Positions 28,130-38,895 of a DNA stretch of 64,000 nucleotides are shown in pieces; position 1 is the stretch's first letter, and the number at the start of each line of letters is the position of its first letter. A model generated the notes under the pieces. That model ran no database searches. It saw only the letters and a program-made list of their open reading frames with translations, and was not told where the DNA came from. Position numbers and translations under genes: made by a program. This stretch comes from Patescibacteria group bacterium (GTDB lineage Bacteria > Patescibacteriota > JAHJAL01). The stretch is from positions 128,520 to 192,519 of the forward strand of contig JBMORM010000025.1 of NCBI GenBank assembly GCA_049322675.1, written 5' to 3'.

Positions 28130-29152
28130 ATGAAAGTAGCAATCAATGGATTTGGTAGGATCGGGCGACAGGTATTGCGAGCAGCTTATAAGAATGGTTG
28201 GCACAAGAATATTATTGCTTGCAATGATTTGACGGATGTGGAGACTTTAGCTCATCTGATGAGATATGATACTGTATATCGAAAATTTGAAGGAAAGGTG
28301 GAAACAAAGCCGGGCGACGATAAGTATGTTGGATATTTGGTTATCGATGGTCATCAAATTGGAGTTTTGGCACAGAAAGATCCGACAATGTTACCTTGGA
28401 AAGATTTGGAGATAGATGTTGTTGTCGAATCTACCGGGTTTTTTACTGACAGGTCGGGAGCGGAAAAACATTTGACAGCGGGTGCCAAAAGGGTTGTTAT
28501 TTCTGCGCCGGCAAAGTCGGACGATATCGAAACTTTCGTTATTGGTGTCAATGAAAAAGATTTAGATGATCAAACGATAATTTCCAATGCCTCTTGCACT
28601 TCAAACTGTATTGCGCCTGTGGCTAAGATAATTGAGGAAAATTATGGAATTGAAAAAGCTATGATGACTACGACTCATGCCTATACGGCTGACCAGGTTT
28701 TGGTGGATGGTCCTCATCGGGATCGTCGACGGGGGCGGGCGGCGGCAATGAATATTGTTCCAACCAGTACTGGAGCAGCAACCGCGGTGGCAAAAACCAT
28801 AACCACATTGAAGGGTAATTTCGACGGATTGGCGATACGGGTTCCGGTGATTTGTGGTTCGTTGGCAGATTTTACTTTTCTTTTGAGAAAAAATGTTACA
28901 AAAGAAGAAGTAAATAAATTGATTTCTGAATTGGCGGAGGGACAGTATAAAAATATTATTCAAGCTACAAATGAACCATTGGTTTCTACTGATATTATTG
29001 GCAATGAACATTCGGCAATAATAGATTTGGGATTAACTATGGTGGTTGGTGGCAATATGCTGAAAGTGATTGCTTGGTATGATAACGAATGGGGTTATAG
29101 CAATAGGTTGTTTGAATTGTTGAGATCGATGGAGGGAAAGTATGGCAATTAG
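28130..29152 (+). CDS. gap: Glyceraldehyde-3-phosphate dehydrogenase, type I
   Basis: INGFGRIGR, SNASCTSNCIAP, WYDNEWGYS. Confidence 0.97.
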   Translation: MKVAINGFGRIGRQVLRAAYKNGWHKNIIACNDLTDVETLAHLMRYDTVYRKFEGKVETKPGDDKYVGYLVIDGHQIGVLAQKDPTMLPWKDLEIDVVVESTGFFTDRSGAEKHLTAGAKRVVISAPAKSDDIETFVIGVNEKDLDDQTIISNASCTSNCIAPVAKIIEENYGIEKAMMTTTHAYTADQVLVDGPHRDRRRGRAAAMNIVPTSTGAATAVAKTITTLKGNFDGLAIRVPVICGSLADFTFLLRKNVTKEEVNKLISELAEGQYKNIIQATNEPLVSTDIIGNEHSAIIDLGLTMVVGGNMLKVIAWYDNEWGYSNRLFELLRSMEGKYGN

Positions 29153-30356
29153 GACGCTAGATAAAGCGGATTTAAAAGATAAGATAGTCCTTGTGCGTGC
29201 AGATTATAATGTTCCAATGGAAGGATTAAAAATTGTTGATAATACAAGAATCGTTGAAAATATGCCCACTATCAGAGATTTGTTGAATAGGGGGGTCAAA
29301 AAAGTTGTAATAATATCTCATTTGGGACGTCCATTGGGGTCAGTAGTGGAAGAATTGCGTTTGAAGCCTATTGTTGCTGAATTGGAGTCCTGTTTGGGGG
29401 AAGAAGTGGATTATTTTTCAGATGATATAAATTTGGTTACTAGAGAAAAAATCGAGAGTTCTACTTTTAGAGTGATTTGTTTGGAAAATATCAGATTCGA
29501 TCAAAGAGAGGAAAATGGTGGCGAGGATTTAGCGAAAAAAATCTCGGAGTTGGCTGATATTTTTGTTTTGGACGCATTTTCTGTTGCTCATAGAGCTCAT
29601 GCAAGTGTGGTAGGGGTTGCAAAATTTTTGCCCACTTATGCTGGCTTGGCTCTTATAAAGGAATATGAGAGTATTAATATTTTTTTAAAAAATGTTAGAA
29701 AGCCATTTTGGGGGTTTTTTGGCGGGATTAAACTTGATGATAAAATGCCAGTGATTAAGTCATTGGTTGATAAATTAAATGGCATAGCTATTGGATCTAG
29801 TATTGCAGTAGCATTTTTGAAAAGATATGGTTTTGGTGTGGGTGATTCGATTGTTTCAAAAGATAGCGAAGTAGTTGTTGATCAATTTTTGGAGTTTGTA
29901 CTGGAAAAAAATATCCAAGTTGTTTATCCGAGAGATTTGATCATTGGTGATTCATTGAGTTTTAGGCGAGTAAAAGTTTTTGATATTGATTTTAATAAGA
30001 TTATTAAGAAAGAAGTTTCTCCTATTGTTGTTTGTGAGGATGGAGAGGGAATATATGATGTGGGAGAAAAAAGTGTAATAGAATATCAAAAAGTCATTGG
30101 TGCCGCAGGTTCAGTTTTTTGGAACGGGCCGTTTGGTTGGGTGGAAAAAGATGAATTCTCGCAGGGAACAATAGAATTAGCAAGATTTATGGCTAAGTCA
30201 CCCGCACAAGTGTTGATTGGTGGAGGTGATACAGTAGGTTTTGTTGCCGCAAAGGGCATGGTTAATGAATATGATTTTGTTTCAACTAGTGGTGGGGCGA
30301 TGTTAGAGTATATTGCCAATGGTACTTTACCTGGTTTAGACATTGTAAAAGAATAA
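29142..30356 (+). CDS. pgk: Phosphoglycerate kinase
   Basis: RADYNVP, SHLGRP, LENIRF, AHRAHAS, WNGP, GGGDT, STSGGA. Confidence 0.95.
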   Translation: MAIRTLDKADLKDKIVLVRADYNVPMEGLKIVDNTRIVENMPTIRDLLNRGVKKVVIISHLGRPLGSVVEELRLKPIVAELESCLGEEVDYFSDDINLVTREKIESSTFRVICLENIRFDQREENGGEDLAKKISELADIFVLDAFSVAHRAHASVVGVAKFLPTYAGLALIKEYESINIFLKNVRKPFWGFFGGIKLDDKMPVIKSLVDKLNGIAIGSSIAVAFLKRYGFGVGDSIVSKDSEVVVDQFLEFVLEKNIQVVYPRDLIIGDSLSFRRVKVFDIDFNKIIKKEVSPIVVCEDGEGIYDVGEKSVIEYQKVIGAAGSVFWNGPFGWVEKDEFSQGTIELARFMAKSPAQVLIGGGDTVGFVAAKGMVNEYDFVSTSGGAMLEYIANGTLPGLDIVKE

Positions 30357-30373
30357 TTTTTTTGTTTTTTTAA

Positions 30374-30403
30374 AAAAATAACGGATATTATTCCGTTATT
30401 TTT
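30374..30403 (+). terminator. Intrinsic terminator, possibly bidirectional
   Basis: aaaaataacgga / tccgttattttt. Confidence 0.75.
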
Positions 30404-30471
30404 GTGTTGTGTCTAGCGTTGACTATATAAAATAATAGTGTTATTGTTAAGGTAATTATTTTAATATTGGG

Positions 30472-31836
30472 ATGATAAAAATTATGGTTGAAATTAAAAA
30501 GATACCTGAAAGTAGGATAGTGATGGAAATATTTGTTACATCTGAAGAGGTTCAAAAATATAAAAATGAAGCATTGGGTATTTTGGGCCAACAAGTAAAA
30601 TTGGAAGGTTTTCGAAAAGGTAAGGTTCCATTGAATATTTTGAAAGAGAATATTGACAGGGATAAGTGGCTGATTGAGACCGTTGATGTGGCAATCAACA
30701 ATAAATATTATGAAATCGTTGTTGCAAATAAGGATAAATATTTGGTGATTGGTAGTCCAAAAATTGATTTTAAATCAAAGATTGATTTTGATTCTATTGA
30801 CGCTGGTATAAGTTTTACGGCAGAAGTTGATGTGTATCCTGAAGTATCTTTGCCTGATTTGAGCAAGATCAAAGTTGAACAAAAAAAAGCGGTTGTCTTG
30901 GATGAAGATTTTGAGAAAAGTAAAGATTTGTTATTAAAAAAAAGATCTACTTTGACCGAGACTCAGGAAGGATATAATACGATCAAGGGAGATTGGATTG
31001 ATATTGATTATGAAGTAGAAATTGATGGAAAAAAAATATCTGATGCTGGGACAAAAAGTTTTCCTTTGATTATTGGTAATAAAATAATGACTGATGGTTT
31101 TGAGGATTATTTGCTAGAACATAGGGTGGGGGATGAGTTTGATTTTGTGTTAAAGGTTGATAGTGATTATAGAGACAAGAGGTTGGCTGGAAAAAATGTA
31201 AAATTTTATGTAAAGGTTAACGATATCAAAAAATTGGTAGTTCCTGAGTTCAATGATGATTTTGTAATTAGTTTGGCGATTGATGGTATTAATACAACTG
31301 ATGCTTTCAAAAAATACATGATGGAAAATTTGCTTTTGGAAAAGGAGAGGGAAGTAGAAGAGAGCGTCAAAAATGAAATTTTGGGAAAAATTGAAGCCGG
31401 AGTACAGATCGAATTGCCGGTTAGTTTGGTTGAGCAAGAATTGGACATGATGTGGCATGAATTTGAGCATAATTTGAGAGATAAAGGCATTGCGACGGAT
31501 GATTATCTAAAAAGAGAGAATGTTGATATGGAAAAGATAAAGGAGGGATGGAGAGAGCAGGCTACTAAGAGAGTTAGATTTGGGTTGATAATACGTGAAT
31601 TAATTAAAAGTTTGGATATAAAAGTTGACGAAAAAAACGTTATTGATTATTTGGAAAAGAGAATGAGTGTTATTAAACAAGATTTATTAAAACATGCGCC
31701 TGACAGTTTTGAGAAGATGGAACAAGAATATCGAAAAAAACTTTTTTCTGAAGATTATAAAAAACGCGCTGAGCAAGAATTGATTATTGATAAAATGTTT
31801 GATGTTTTAAAATCGATGACAGTTGTAAAAAAATAA
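30472..31836 (+). CDS. tig: Trigger factor (start may be ATG 30484)
   Basis: GFRKGKVP ribosome-binding motif; FKBP-like domain ([14 protein letters not shown]); upstream of clpP. Confidence 0.92.
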   Translation: MIKIMVEIKKIPESRIVMEIFVTSEEVQKYKNEALGILGQQVKLEGFRKGKVPLNILKENIDRDKWLIETVDVAINNKYYEIVVANKDKYLVIGSPKIDFKSKIDFDSIDAGISFTAEVDVYPEVSLPDLSKIKVEQKKAVVLDEDFEKSKDLLLKKRSTLTETQEGYNTIKGDWIDIDYEVEIDGKKISDAGTKSFPLIIGNKIMTDGFEDYLLEHRVGDEFDFVLKVDSDYRDKRLAGKNVKFYVKVNDIKKLVVPEFNDDFVISLAIDGINTTDAFKKYMMENLLLEKEREVEESVKNEILGKIEAGVQIELPVSLVEQELDMMWHEFEHNLRDKGIATDDYLKRENVDMEKIKEGWREQATKRVRFGLIIRELIKSLDIKVDEKNVIDYLEKRMSVIKQDLLKHAPDSFEKMEQEYRKKLFSEDYKKRAEQELIIDKMFDVLKSMTVVKK

Positions 31837-31855
31837 TTATTTAAATAAATATATT

Positions 31856-32449
31856 ATGAAATCAAGTACAATTATAAATCAGTTGGTGCCGATGGTAATT
31901 GAAAAGTCGGCATATGGTGAGAGAGCTTATGATATTTTTTCTAGGTTGTTGAAAGAAAGAATTATTTTTCTTGGTTCTCCAATTGATGATGGTATTGCTA
32001 ATTTGATTGTTGCTCAATTGCTTTTTTTGCAAAGCGAGGATGAAAAAAAAGAGATTAAGTTTTATATTAATTCACCAGGTGGGTCAGTGACTGCAGGGAT
32101 GGCTATTTATGATACTATGCAGCATATTAAATCTGATGTTGCTACAATATGTATAGGTCAAGCTGCTTCGATGGCAGCGGTATTGTTGTCGGCTGGTGAA
32201 AAAGGAAAACGTTTCGCCTTACCTAATTCCAGAATTATGATTCATCAAATTATGGGTGGGGTTGAAGGACAAGCTTCAGATGTAGAAATTCAGGCAAATG
32301 AGATGTTGAGGTTGAAAAAGAAATTAAACGAAATATTGGTTGTTCATACCAGACAAAGCTATGAAAAAATAGATAAAGATACAGATCGTGACTTTTTTAT
32401 GTCACCCGATGAGGCGAAAAAATATGGTTTAATAGACAAGGTTTTATAG
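31856..32449 (+). CDS. clpP: ATP-dependent Clp protease proteolytic subunit
   Basis: [47 protein letters not shown]. Confidence 0.97.
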   Translation: MKSSTIINQLVPMVIEKSAYGERAYDIFSRLLKERIIFLGSPIDDGIANLIVAQLLFLQSEDEKKEIKFYINSPGGSVTAGMAIYDTMQHIKSDVATICIGQAASMAAVLLSAGEKGKRFALPNSRIMIHQIMGGVEGQASDVEIQANEMLRLKKKLNEILVVHTRQSYEKIDKDTDRDFFMSPDEAKKYGLIDKVL

Positions 32450-32509
32450 TAATTTTTACTTGACATATATTTTTTATGGTGTTATTATTTTTTTGTTTAA
32501 GGGATTACA

Positions 32510-33643
32510 GTGAATAATATGAATAATCAAGTGAATAACTCTAATCAGCCTATTGGTCAGAGTGAGGGTAAGTTGTTGGACAGCATATATGCTTCTTGGC
32601 AGCAGGAGGAGTTGGATAATATTAATGTTACCAATATGATTGCCAAGGCTTTTGGTGGTTTGAAACGCAAACAGAGGCATGTTTTAAAGAGGAGATATGG
32701 AATTGGTGGTTTGGAAAAAAAGACTTTGCAAGAGATAGGTGATAGTTTTGGTGTTACTAGAGAAAGAATAAGACAGATAGAGAGATCAGCGTTAAAAAAA
32801 TTGAACAAAGAAGTAAATATTAAATATTTTCGTCCGGTTACGGCAGCAGTTGCTTTTGAATTGGAAAAATCTGGTGGAATTATATCAGAGCGAACATTAA
32901 TAAGACGCATTTTAGGTAATAATTATTCAGAGGAAAATAATAGTGGTATGAAATTGATTTTGGAGGTTTTTCCTGATTTTTATTATGCTAAAGAGTGTGA
33001 TCATAAAAATGAAGCCTGGCATCTAAGAGAATGTGATCTAGAAAGAGTCGTAAAGGTGATAAAAAGTTCGATTGAGTATTTGGAAAATAGAGGGGAAATA
33101 GTGTCTATTGATGAATTAAAAAGTGATATTGCTAGTAAACATGAATTGACTGAAGATCATTTGGTGTCGCTTATGGATTTGTCGAAGATGATTATGCAAA
33201 CATCTGATGGTGGTTTTGGTCTTAAATCTTGGAAGTTTATAAATCCAAAGAATATTAGGGACAAGATATTTTTTGTTTTTCATAGAACAAAGAAACCTAT
33301 GCATTTTATGGAAATTACCGATTTAATAGTGAAAGAGGATTTTTTGCATAAGAAAAAAATAACTCACCAGGCGGTTCACAATGAGTTGATTGCTGATGAT
33401 AGATATGTTTTGATAGGCAAAGGAATATACGCTTTGAAAGAGTGGGGTTATCAACCTGGTACAGTAGTGGATGTTATCAAACAGATAATAAAGGAGGCAA
33501 AAAGACCTCTTTCAAAGGCTGAAATTATCGAAGAGGTCTTAAAACGTAGAATAGTGAAAAAAAATACTATTGTCATTAATTTGCATAATAAAAAATATTT
33601 TGACAGAACTACTGATGATAACTTTGTTTTGAAAAATCAATAA
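32510..33643 (+). CDS. Sigma70 region 4 HTH fused to C-terminal winged-helix domains (CPR-type)
   Basis: TLQEIGDSFGVTRERIRQIE; KPMHF.EI..AVHNELIADDRYVLIGKGIYALKEWG. Confidence 0.8.
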   Translation: MNNMNNQVNNSNQPIGQSEGKLLDSIYASWQQEELDNINVTNMIAKAFGGLKRKQRHVLKRRYGIGGLEKKTLQEIGDSFGVTRERIRQIERSALKKLNKEVNIKYFRPVTAAVAFELEKSGGIISERTLIRRILGNNYSEENNSGMKLILEVFPDFYYAKECDHKNEAWHLRECDLERVVKVIKSSIEYLENRGEIVSIDELKSDIASKHELTEDHLVSLMDLSKMIMQTSDGGFGLKSWKFINPKNIRDKIFFVFHRTKKPMHFMEITDLIVKEDFLHKKKITHQAVHNELIADDRYVLIGKGIYALKEWGYQPGTVVDVIKQIIKEAKRPLSKAEIIEEVLKRRIVKKNTIVINLHNKKYFDRTTDDNFVLKNQ

Positions 33644-33676
33644 AAATAAATAAAAAATAAATATATACTGTATTTA

Positions 33677-36379
33677 ATGGGAAATTTTTATTACATAGGT
33701 TTGTTTTTGTTATTTTTGGTGGTATGGGTAGGAATAGTGTACCTTGCTTTTTTGGCGTGGCAATATCGCAGATATAGGACATGGTTAAAAAACCAAAAAT
33801 ACCAGTGTTTGTTAATAAAAGTTCCTAAAAAAAATGAAAAAAATGCGTTATCGGCGGAGCAAATGTATGCGAGTTTGCATGGAATAATGCGCAATCGCTG
33901 GGTAATGTTTTGGGAAGGAAGCATGCAGGAACATATAAGTTTTGAGATAGTTTCTTCAAATAAGTATATAAAATTTTATGGATTTGTTCCGGATTATTTG
34001 GTTGAATTTGTTGAAGGTCAGATTTATGCTCAGTATCCCACTGTTTTGATTGAGAAGGTAGATGATTATATTTCAGAGTATAAGTATCAAAATAAAGACT
34101 TTTCTTCATGTGAGTTGGTATTGGATAAAGATGAGGTTTATCCGTTGAGAACATTTGAAACATTTGATGTTGATCCTTTGGCAGGTATTACTGCAGTTTT
34201 AAGTAAATTGGGTGATACGAAAAATCAGATATGGTTGCAGTTTTTGATTCGACCGGTAAATAATCATTGGCAGCATAGAAGTCAGAAGATAATAAACAAA
34301 ATTAGAGGCGGTGTTGACACATTATCTTTTTTTGGTTTTGTTGGAAGCTTTTTAAGTTTGATTGTTAATCATATCTTAAATCCAGGGAGCACGAATGAGA
34401 AAGCTTCAGAAAACAAGAAGGTGTTATCTGGTCCTGAAGAGGAAGCAATTGCAGAAATAAATAAAAAATCAGTAAAATTAGGATTTGAGACAAAAATTAG
34501 AATTATTGCTTTTGGAGATAGCTCTATTGACGCTAAAAGTAAATTGCAGTCAATTATTGGGACGTTTAAACAATTTAGTCTTACCAATCTTAATAGTTTG
34601 AGTGCCAATCGTATTAGCGTGGGGAATTTTAGAGATTTGGAAGTGTATAAAAATAGAAGTTTTGCAGGAAAAGGTTTTGTGTTGAATACTGCCGAATTAG
34701 CGAGTTTATTTCATTTGCCAAGTATTTCTGTTGAGACGCCAACTATCGTTTGGTCAAATAATAAAGTAGCTGAGCCGCCAAGCAATTTGCCGACAGTAAA
34801 TAATTCAAATTTAGCTGATCTAACTGTATTTGCAAAAACTGATTTTAGAGAATTGGAGAATGTTTTTGGAATAAAAACTGAAGATAGGTCGAAACATGTT
34901 TATATCGTGGGAAAGACAGGTATGGGTAAAACTTCTTTGTTGCAAAACATGGTTATTGACGATATGAGAAAGGGCAGGGGAATAGCTGTGGTAGATCCGC
35001 ATGGTGACTTTGTTGATACGGTATTGAATTATGTTCCTTCAAACAGAATAAATGATGTTGTTTTATTTGATCCTGGAGATAGAGATAATCCGATTGCCTT
35101 TAATTTACTTGAGAATGTTGCTGATGATTATAAACCTATTATTGCTTCAGGTTTAATTGCGATTTTTAAAAAACTTTGGCATGATTCCTGGGGACCAAGA
35201 TTGGAACATATATTGCGCTATACTTTTTTGGCTTTATTAGATTATGAGGGAAGTACATTTTTGTGTGTTCCTCGGTTGCTTTCAGATGAAGTTTTTAGAA
35301 ATGAGGTTATTAATCATATTAAGGATCCGGTAGTAAAAGATTTTTGGGAAGTCGAGTTCAATGGTTATACTGATAAACTAAGGCAGGATGCGATATCTCC
35401 TATTCAAAATAAAATTGGTCAATTTTTGGCAAGCTCGACGATTAGAAATATTGTTGGGCAGCCAAAAACGGCTATCAATATCAGGGAGGTGATGGATAGC
35501 AAGAAGATCTTGTTGGTTAAAGTTGCAAAGGGTGTAGTTGGAGAGGACAATGCTGCATTGTTGGGTGCAATGATAATTACTAAAATCCAATTGGCTGCTA
35601 TGAGTAGGGCGGATATATCTGAAGAAAAGCGTATTCCTTTCAATCTGTATGTTGATGAATTTCAAAATTTTGCTACTGAAAGTTTTGCGTCTATTTTATC
35701 GGAAGCTAGAAAATATAAATTGAATTTGCATGTTGCGAATCAATATATTGAACAGATGGAAGATGTAGTTCGTGGGGCTGTATTTGGTAATGTTGGTACT
35801 TTGATTACTTTTAGAATCGGAGCTACAGATGCGGATTATTTATCTAAAGAGTTTGCACCTACTTTTTTGGCAGAAGATTTGACCAACTTGGAGAAATTTC
35901 ACATTTATCTGCGTATGACAATTGATGGGATTTCTAGTCCGGCTTTTTCCGCGGTTACTTTAAGTTTGCCAGTAGAAAAAACAAATAATGTTGATAAAGT
36001 ACTTTTTTCTTCTAGGGAAAAGTATGGCACTAAAAGAGATTTTGTTGAGACAAAAATTAAGGAGTGGTCTGAAGTATTGGATTCTAAAAAAAAGAAGGTG
36101 AACAACAATAAGTGCGGAAAAAAAGGAAATATGGTGATGAAGAAGACTGATGAGTCGGTTGTTGAAATGGATCAAGAAAAAAGAGAACAATTGTTAACGA
36201 AGTTGAAGGCATTTCAAGAAGAGAGAACCAGTAATAAAGATGACAATATTAAGATTGATTTGGACAAAGAAGCTGTTAAAAGAAAGTTGGTTGAGTTTAA
36301 TAATACAAGAATGAAAAAGTCAGATTTTAGCGAGAAAATAATTGAGGATAATGATGAGGAAATTATTATCGAACAATAG
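33677..36379 (+). CDS. Membrane-anchored VirD4/TraD/HerA-like ATPase
   Basis: N-terminal TM, HVYIVGKTGMGKT, VDPHGD, LYVDEFQNF, LSEARKY, FGNVGT. Confidence 0.85.
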   Translation: MGNFYYIGLFLLFLVVWVGIVYLAFLAWQYRRYRTWLKNQKYQCLLIKVPKKNEKNALSAEQMYASLHGIMRNRWVMFWEGSMQEHISFEIVSSNKYIKFYGFVPDYLVEFVEGQIYAQYPTVLIEKVDDYISEYKYQNKDFSSCELVLDKDEVYPLRTFETFDVDPLAGITAVLSKLGDTKNQIWLQFLIRPVNNHWQHRSQKIINKIRGGVDTLSFFGFVGSFLSLIVNHILNPGSTNEKASENKKVLSGPEEEAIAEINKKSVKLGFETKIRIIAFGDSSIDAKSKLQSIIGTFKQFSLTNLNSLSANRISVGNFRDLEVYKNRSFAGKGFVLNTAELASLFHLPSISVETPTIVWSNNKVAEPPSNLPTVNNSNLADLTVFAKTDFRELENVFGIKTEDRSKHVYIVGKTGMGKTSLLQNMVIDDMRKGRGIAVVDPHGDFVDTVLNYVPSNRINDVVLFDPGDRDNPIAFNLLENVADDYKPIIASGLIAIFKKLWHDSWGPRLEHILRYTFLALLDYEGSTFLCVPRLLSDEVFRNEVINHIKDPVVKDFWEVEFNGYTDKLRQDAISPIQNKIGQFLASSTIRNIVGQPKTAINIREVMDSKKILLVKVAKGVVGEDNAALLGAMIITKIQLAAMSRADISEEKRIPFNLYVDEFQNFATESFASILSEARKYKLNLHVANQYIEQMEDVVRGAVFGNVGTLITFRIGATDADYLSKEFAPTFLAEDLTNLEKFHIYLRMTIDGISSPAFSAVTLSLPVEKTNNVDKVLFSSREKYGTKRDFVETKIKEWSEVLDSKKKKVNNNKCGKKGNMVMKKTDESVVEMDQEKREQLLTKLKAFQEERTSNKDDNIKIDLDKEAVKRKLVEFNNTRMKKSDFSEKIIEDNDEEIIIEQ

Positions 36380-36428
36380 ATTTTTTTGATTTTTAGTTTG
36401 GATTTTTCAAGAGTGGGGTCAAATGTTA

Positions 36429-36456
36429 TAGTCGTACAATGTATCTTGTGCGACTT
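36429..36456. other. dif-like palindrome (11-6-11), candidate tyrosine recombinase site
   Basis: TAGTCGTACAA-TGTATC-TTGTGCGACTT in the gap between convergent gene blocks. Confidence 0.5.
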
Positions 36457-36695
36457 TTATTGTTGGTTTGGTCGACTTTGATCATATTTAATTTGTGGCA
36501 ATAATGTTGTAATGGTATTGATTTTTTAGATATTTTTTAGATTTAATCTTTCGTAGGTGAATATTCATATTTGTAAAATTAGCTATTTGGTCGCACAATA
36601 CTAAATAATTTTGTTTGTTAATAGAGAATATTATTGTCACTTATAAATAGTGGGTTTTCGCTCTTTTTCGGTGATTATTGAAATTGGGTCCTTCC

Positions 36696-37781
36696 CTATT
36701 GTTCGTCAATGATCTCTTGGCGTATTTCTTTGACTAAATTTAGGTAAAAATTCAAATTATGAATTGTGTTGAGATACATACTTAGTGGTTCGTTGTTGAT
36801 GAAAATATGACGGAGGTAACTGGGTGTATAGTTTTTGCATGTACTACAAGAACAGTTTTTGTCTAAAATGCTAAAATCTTTTTTGTATTTTTTTTGTTTA
36901 ATTCTAATTGTGCCTTGTGACGAGAAAAGATAACCGTGGCGTGCATTTCTAGTGGGCATTACGCAATCAAACATATCGATACCGTTTTTTATTGCTTCTT
37001 TGATATTTTCGGGTGTTCCAACTCCCATTAGATATCTGGGTTTGTTCTCGGGTAGTAATGGGGTTGTATATTCTAAAACTTTGTACATTTCGTTTGACGT
37101 TTCGCCTACAGCCAATCCACCAATAGCGTATCCATCAAATCCAATTTTTAGCAGTTCATAAACTGATTTTTTGCGTAAGTCGGGAAATAATGCACCTTGG
37201 ACTATGCCAAATAAAGCTTGTTTTGAATTTTCGATTGTATTGTGTTGTTTTTTGCATCGTTTTGCCCATTTTAACGTAAGTATTAATGAGTTGTTGGCGT
37301 ATTCATATGAACAATTGCTTGGTGGACATTCGTCTAAGACCATCATGATATCTGAGCCAAGGTTTTGTTGAATTTTTATGGATTTTTCCGGACTAAGGAA
37401 ATGTTTTGATCCGTCGATGTGAGAAGAAAAATACGCTCCTTTTGGGGTAATTTTTCGAGTTTTGGCCAGACTGAATATTTGGTATCCTCCACTATCGGTG
37501 AGAATTGGTTTTGGCCAATTCATGTATTTATGTAAACTTCCAGACGCCTTGATTATATCGTCTCCTGGTCGGAGATGGAGGTGATAAGTATTGGCAAGTA
37601 AAATATTGGCTTGTAATTCGTTGTTGAGTGTTTTTGTATCTAAGCAACGAATGGCGCCGGCAGTGGCAACTGGCATAAAACAAGGAGTTTGAATTTTGCC
37701 ATGAGGTGTTGTAATTTCCCCTACTCTAGCATTTGTTTTTTTTGATTTTTTTATGACTTTGAATTTGAATAATGATGACAT
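36696..37781 (-). CDS. tgt: tRNA-guanine transglycosylase
   Basis: TPCFMPV, ANTYHL, TDSGGYQ, DEC, GIVQG, GGLAVGE, DMFDCVMPTR, CSCSTC. Confidence 0.96.
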   Translation of the reverse strand: MSSLFKFKVIKKSKKTNARVGEITTPHGKIQTPCFMPVATAGAIRCLDTKTLNNELQANILLANTYHLHLRPGDDIIKASGSLHKYMNWPKPILTDSGGYQIFSLAKTRKITPKGAYFSSHIDGSKHFLSPEKSIKIQQNLGSDIMMVLDECPPSNCSYEYANNSLILTLKWAKRCKKQHNTIENSKQALFGIVQGALFPDLRKKSVYELLKIGFDGYAIGGLAVGETSNEMYKVLEYTTPLLPENKPRYLMGVGTPENIKEAIKNGIDMFDCVMPTRNARHGYLFSSQGTIRIKQKKYKKDFSILDKNCSCSTCKNYTPSYLRHIFINNEPLSMYLNTIHNLNFYLNLVKEIRQEIIDEQ

Positions 37782-37815
37782 AAATGGTAATAAGTTTTAT
37801 AATATAGAGTATTAA

Positions 37816-38895
37816 ATGAATTTTGATTATATGAAATTTAATTCTAGCCAGGATGATTTTGGCGCAAGTCTCGAGGTAGTAAAAAATAAGTTGGCGAAAT
37901 CTGAAATTGTAGCCTCAATTGATCAGTTGAGTTGTGTTGTTGTAGAAAAGTGGTGGAATAATTTGGATAAAATTGTGGTTCCAAAAAATGTAACCGAGTC
38001 GTCAGTTGTCCGAGCGATAGAAGCAGTAAATAAGATATTGATTCCAGCTGGTTTTGAAAAAGTTGGGGTATCTGTTCGGGGCGGTTTAATGACGGATATA
38101 GAAATGGCATCGAATTTGTTGGCAAAAAATCGAATATTATTTAGTAGTGGTGACTTGCCGATTCGAAATATTGTTGGAGGAAATAGTTTTAAATATTGGA
38201 TTGAGGATGTGACGGTTGATGAGAAAAAACCGGTTTCTTTAGCGCAATTGGTAGGTTACCGTTTGCATAATGTAATTAATACGAAACAGTTGGTAGAGAA
38301 ATATCAACAATTGCGTGCAAAAGTGACTAATATCTATGGGTTGAAAGTAATTCGTTGGGATATATATGGTATTTGTGATGATGCGGCAAAAATTATTCCC
38401 TTGTTGGATGAAAAGACAGCATTGGCGATAGAATATTATCCAAGGTTTGGCCGACCGGAGATTTTTTTTGAAAAAATTGATGAATTGAGAAAAAAATATC
38501 CTGGTAAACAGATTGGAATATCATTTGACCCTGTATATTATCAGATGGCGTCAAGTTTGTATAAAGGTTGTATGACTCCGGAAAACTATTTTAGGAAGAT
38601 AATTTCTGAGAGACCTGATCAATTGATGATGTTGGAGGTTAATCAGATTGCTTTGAATCAAAATAAGCCTCATTCGGCAATTACTGATGGAAAAGTAAAT
38701 CATTATGAGATGTTTAATCAGTTGGGGAAAGCATATCGTGGTGGCAGATTGTATTATTTACCTCATTTTGCTTATGAGCCTTCACCAAAATATTATGATC
38801 AAGTCATGGTTGAAGGAAAAGAGTATATGGTTAAATTGAATGAAAGTTTTATGGGAAATGACGAGTATATGTCTGGATCAAAGAGGGATTTGTAG
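37816..38895 (+). CDS. Hypothetical protein, possibly a degenerate xylose-isomerase-like TIM barrel
   Basis: 359-aa ORF; LAIEY..GISFD..HSAITDGKVN..YEP spacing loosely resembles the AP2-type barrel C-terminus. Confidence 0.55.
   Translation: MNFDYMKFNSSQDDFGASLEVVKNKLAKSEIVASIDQLSCVVVEKWWNNLDKIVVPKNVTESSVVRAIEAVNKILIPAGFEKVGVSVRGGLMTDIEMASNLLAKNRILFSSGDLPIRNIVGGNSFKYWIEDVTVDEKKPVSLAQLVGYRLHNVINTKQLVEKYQQLRAKVTNIYGLKVIRWDIYGICDDAAKIIPLLDEKTALAIEYYPRFGRPEIFFEKIDELRKKYPGKQIGISFDPVYYQMASSLYKGCMTPENYFRKIISERPDQLMMLEVNQIALNQNKPHSAITDGKVNHYEMFNQLGKAYRGGRLYYLPHFAYEPSPKYYDQVMVEGKEYMVKLNESFMGNDEYMSGSKRDL

Noticed and set aside
33677-36379. Conjugative element or T4SS island
   Set aside because: No relaxase, VirB genes, integrase or att repeats; housekeeping context
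36696-37781. Eukaryote-like queuine-inserting Tgt
   Set aside because: Retains the bacterial preQ1-type DEC and GGLAVGE pocket residues
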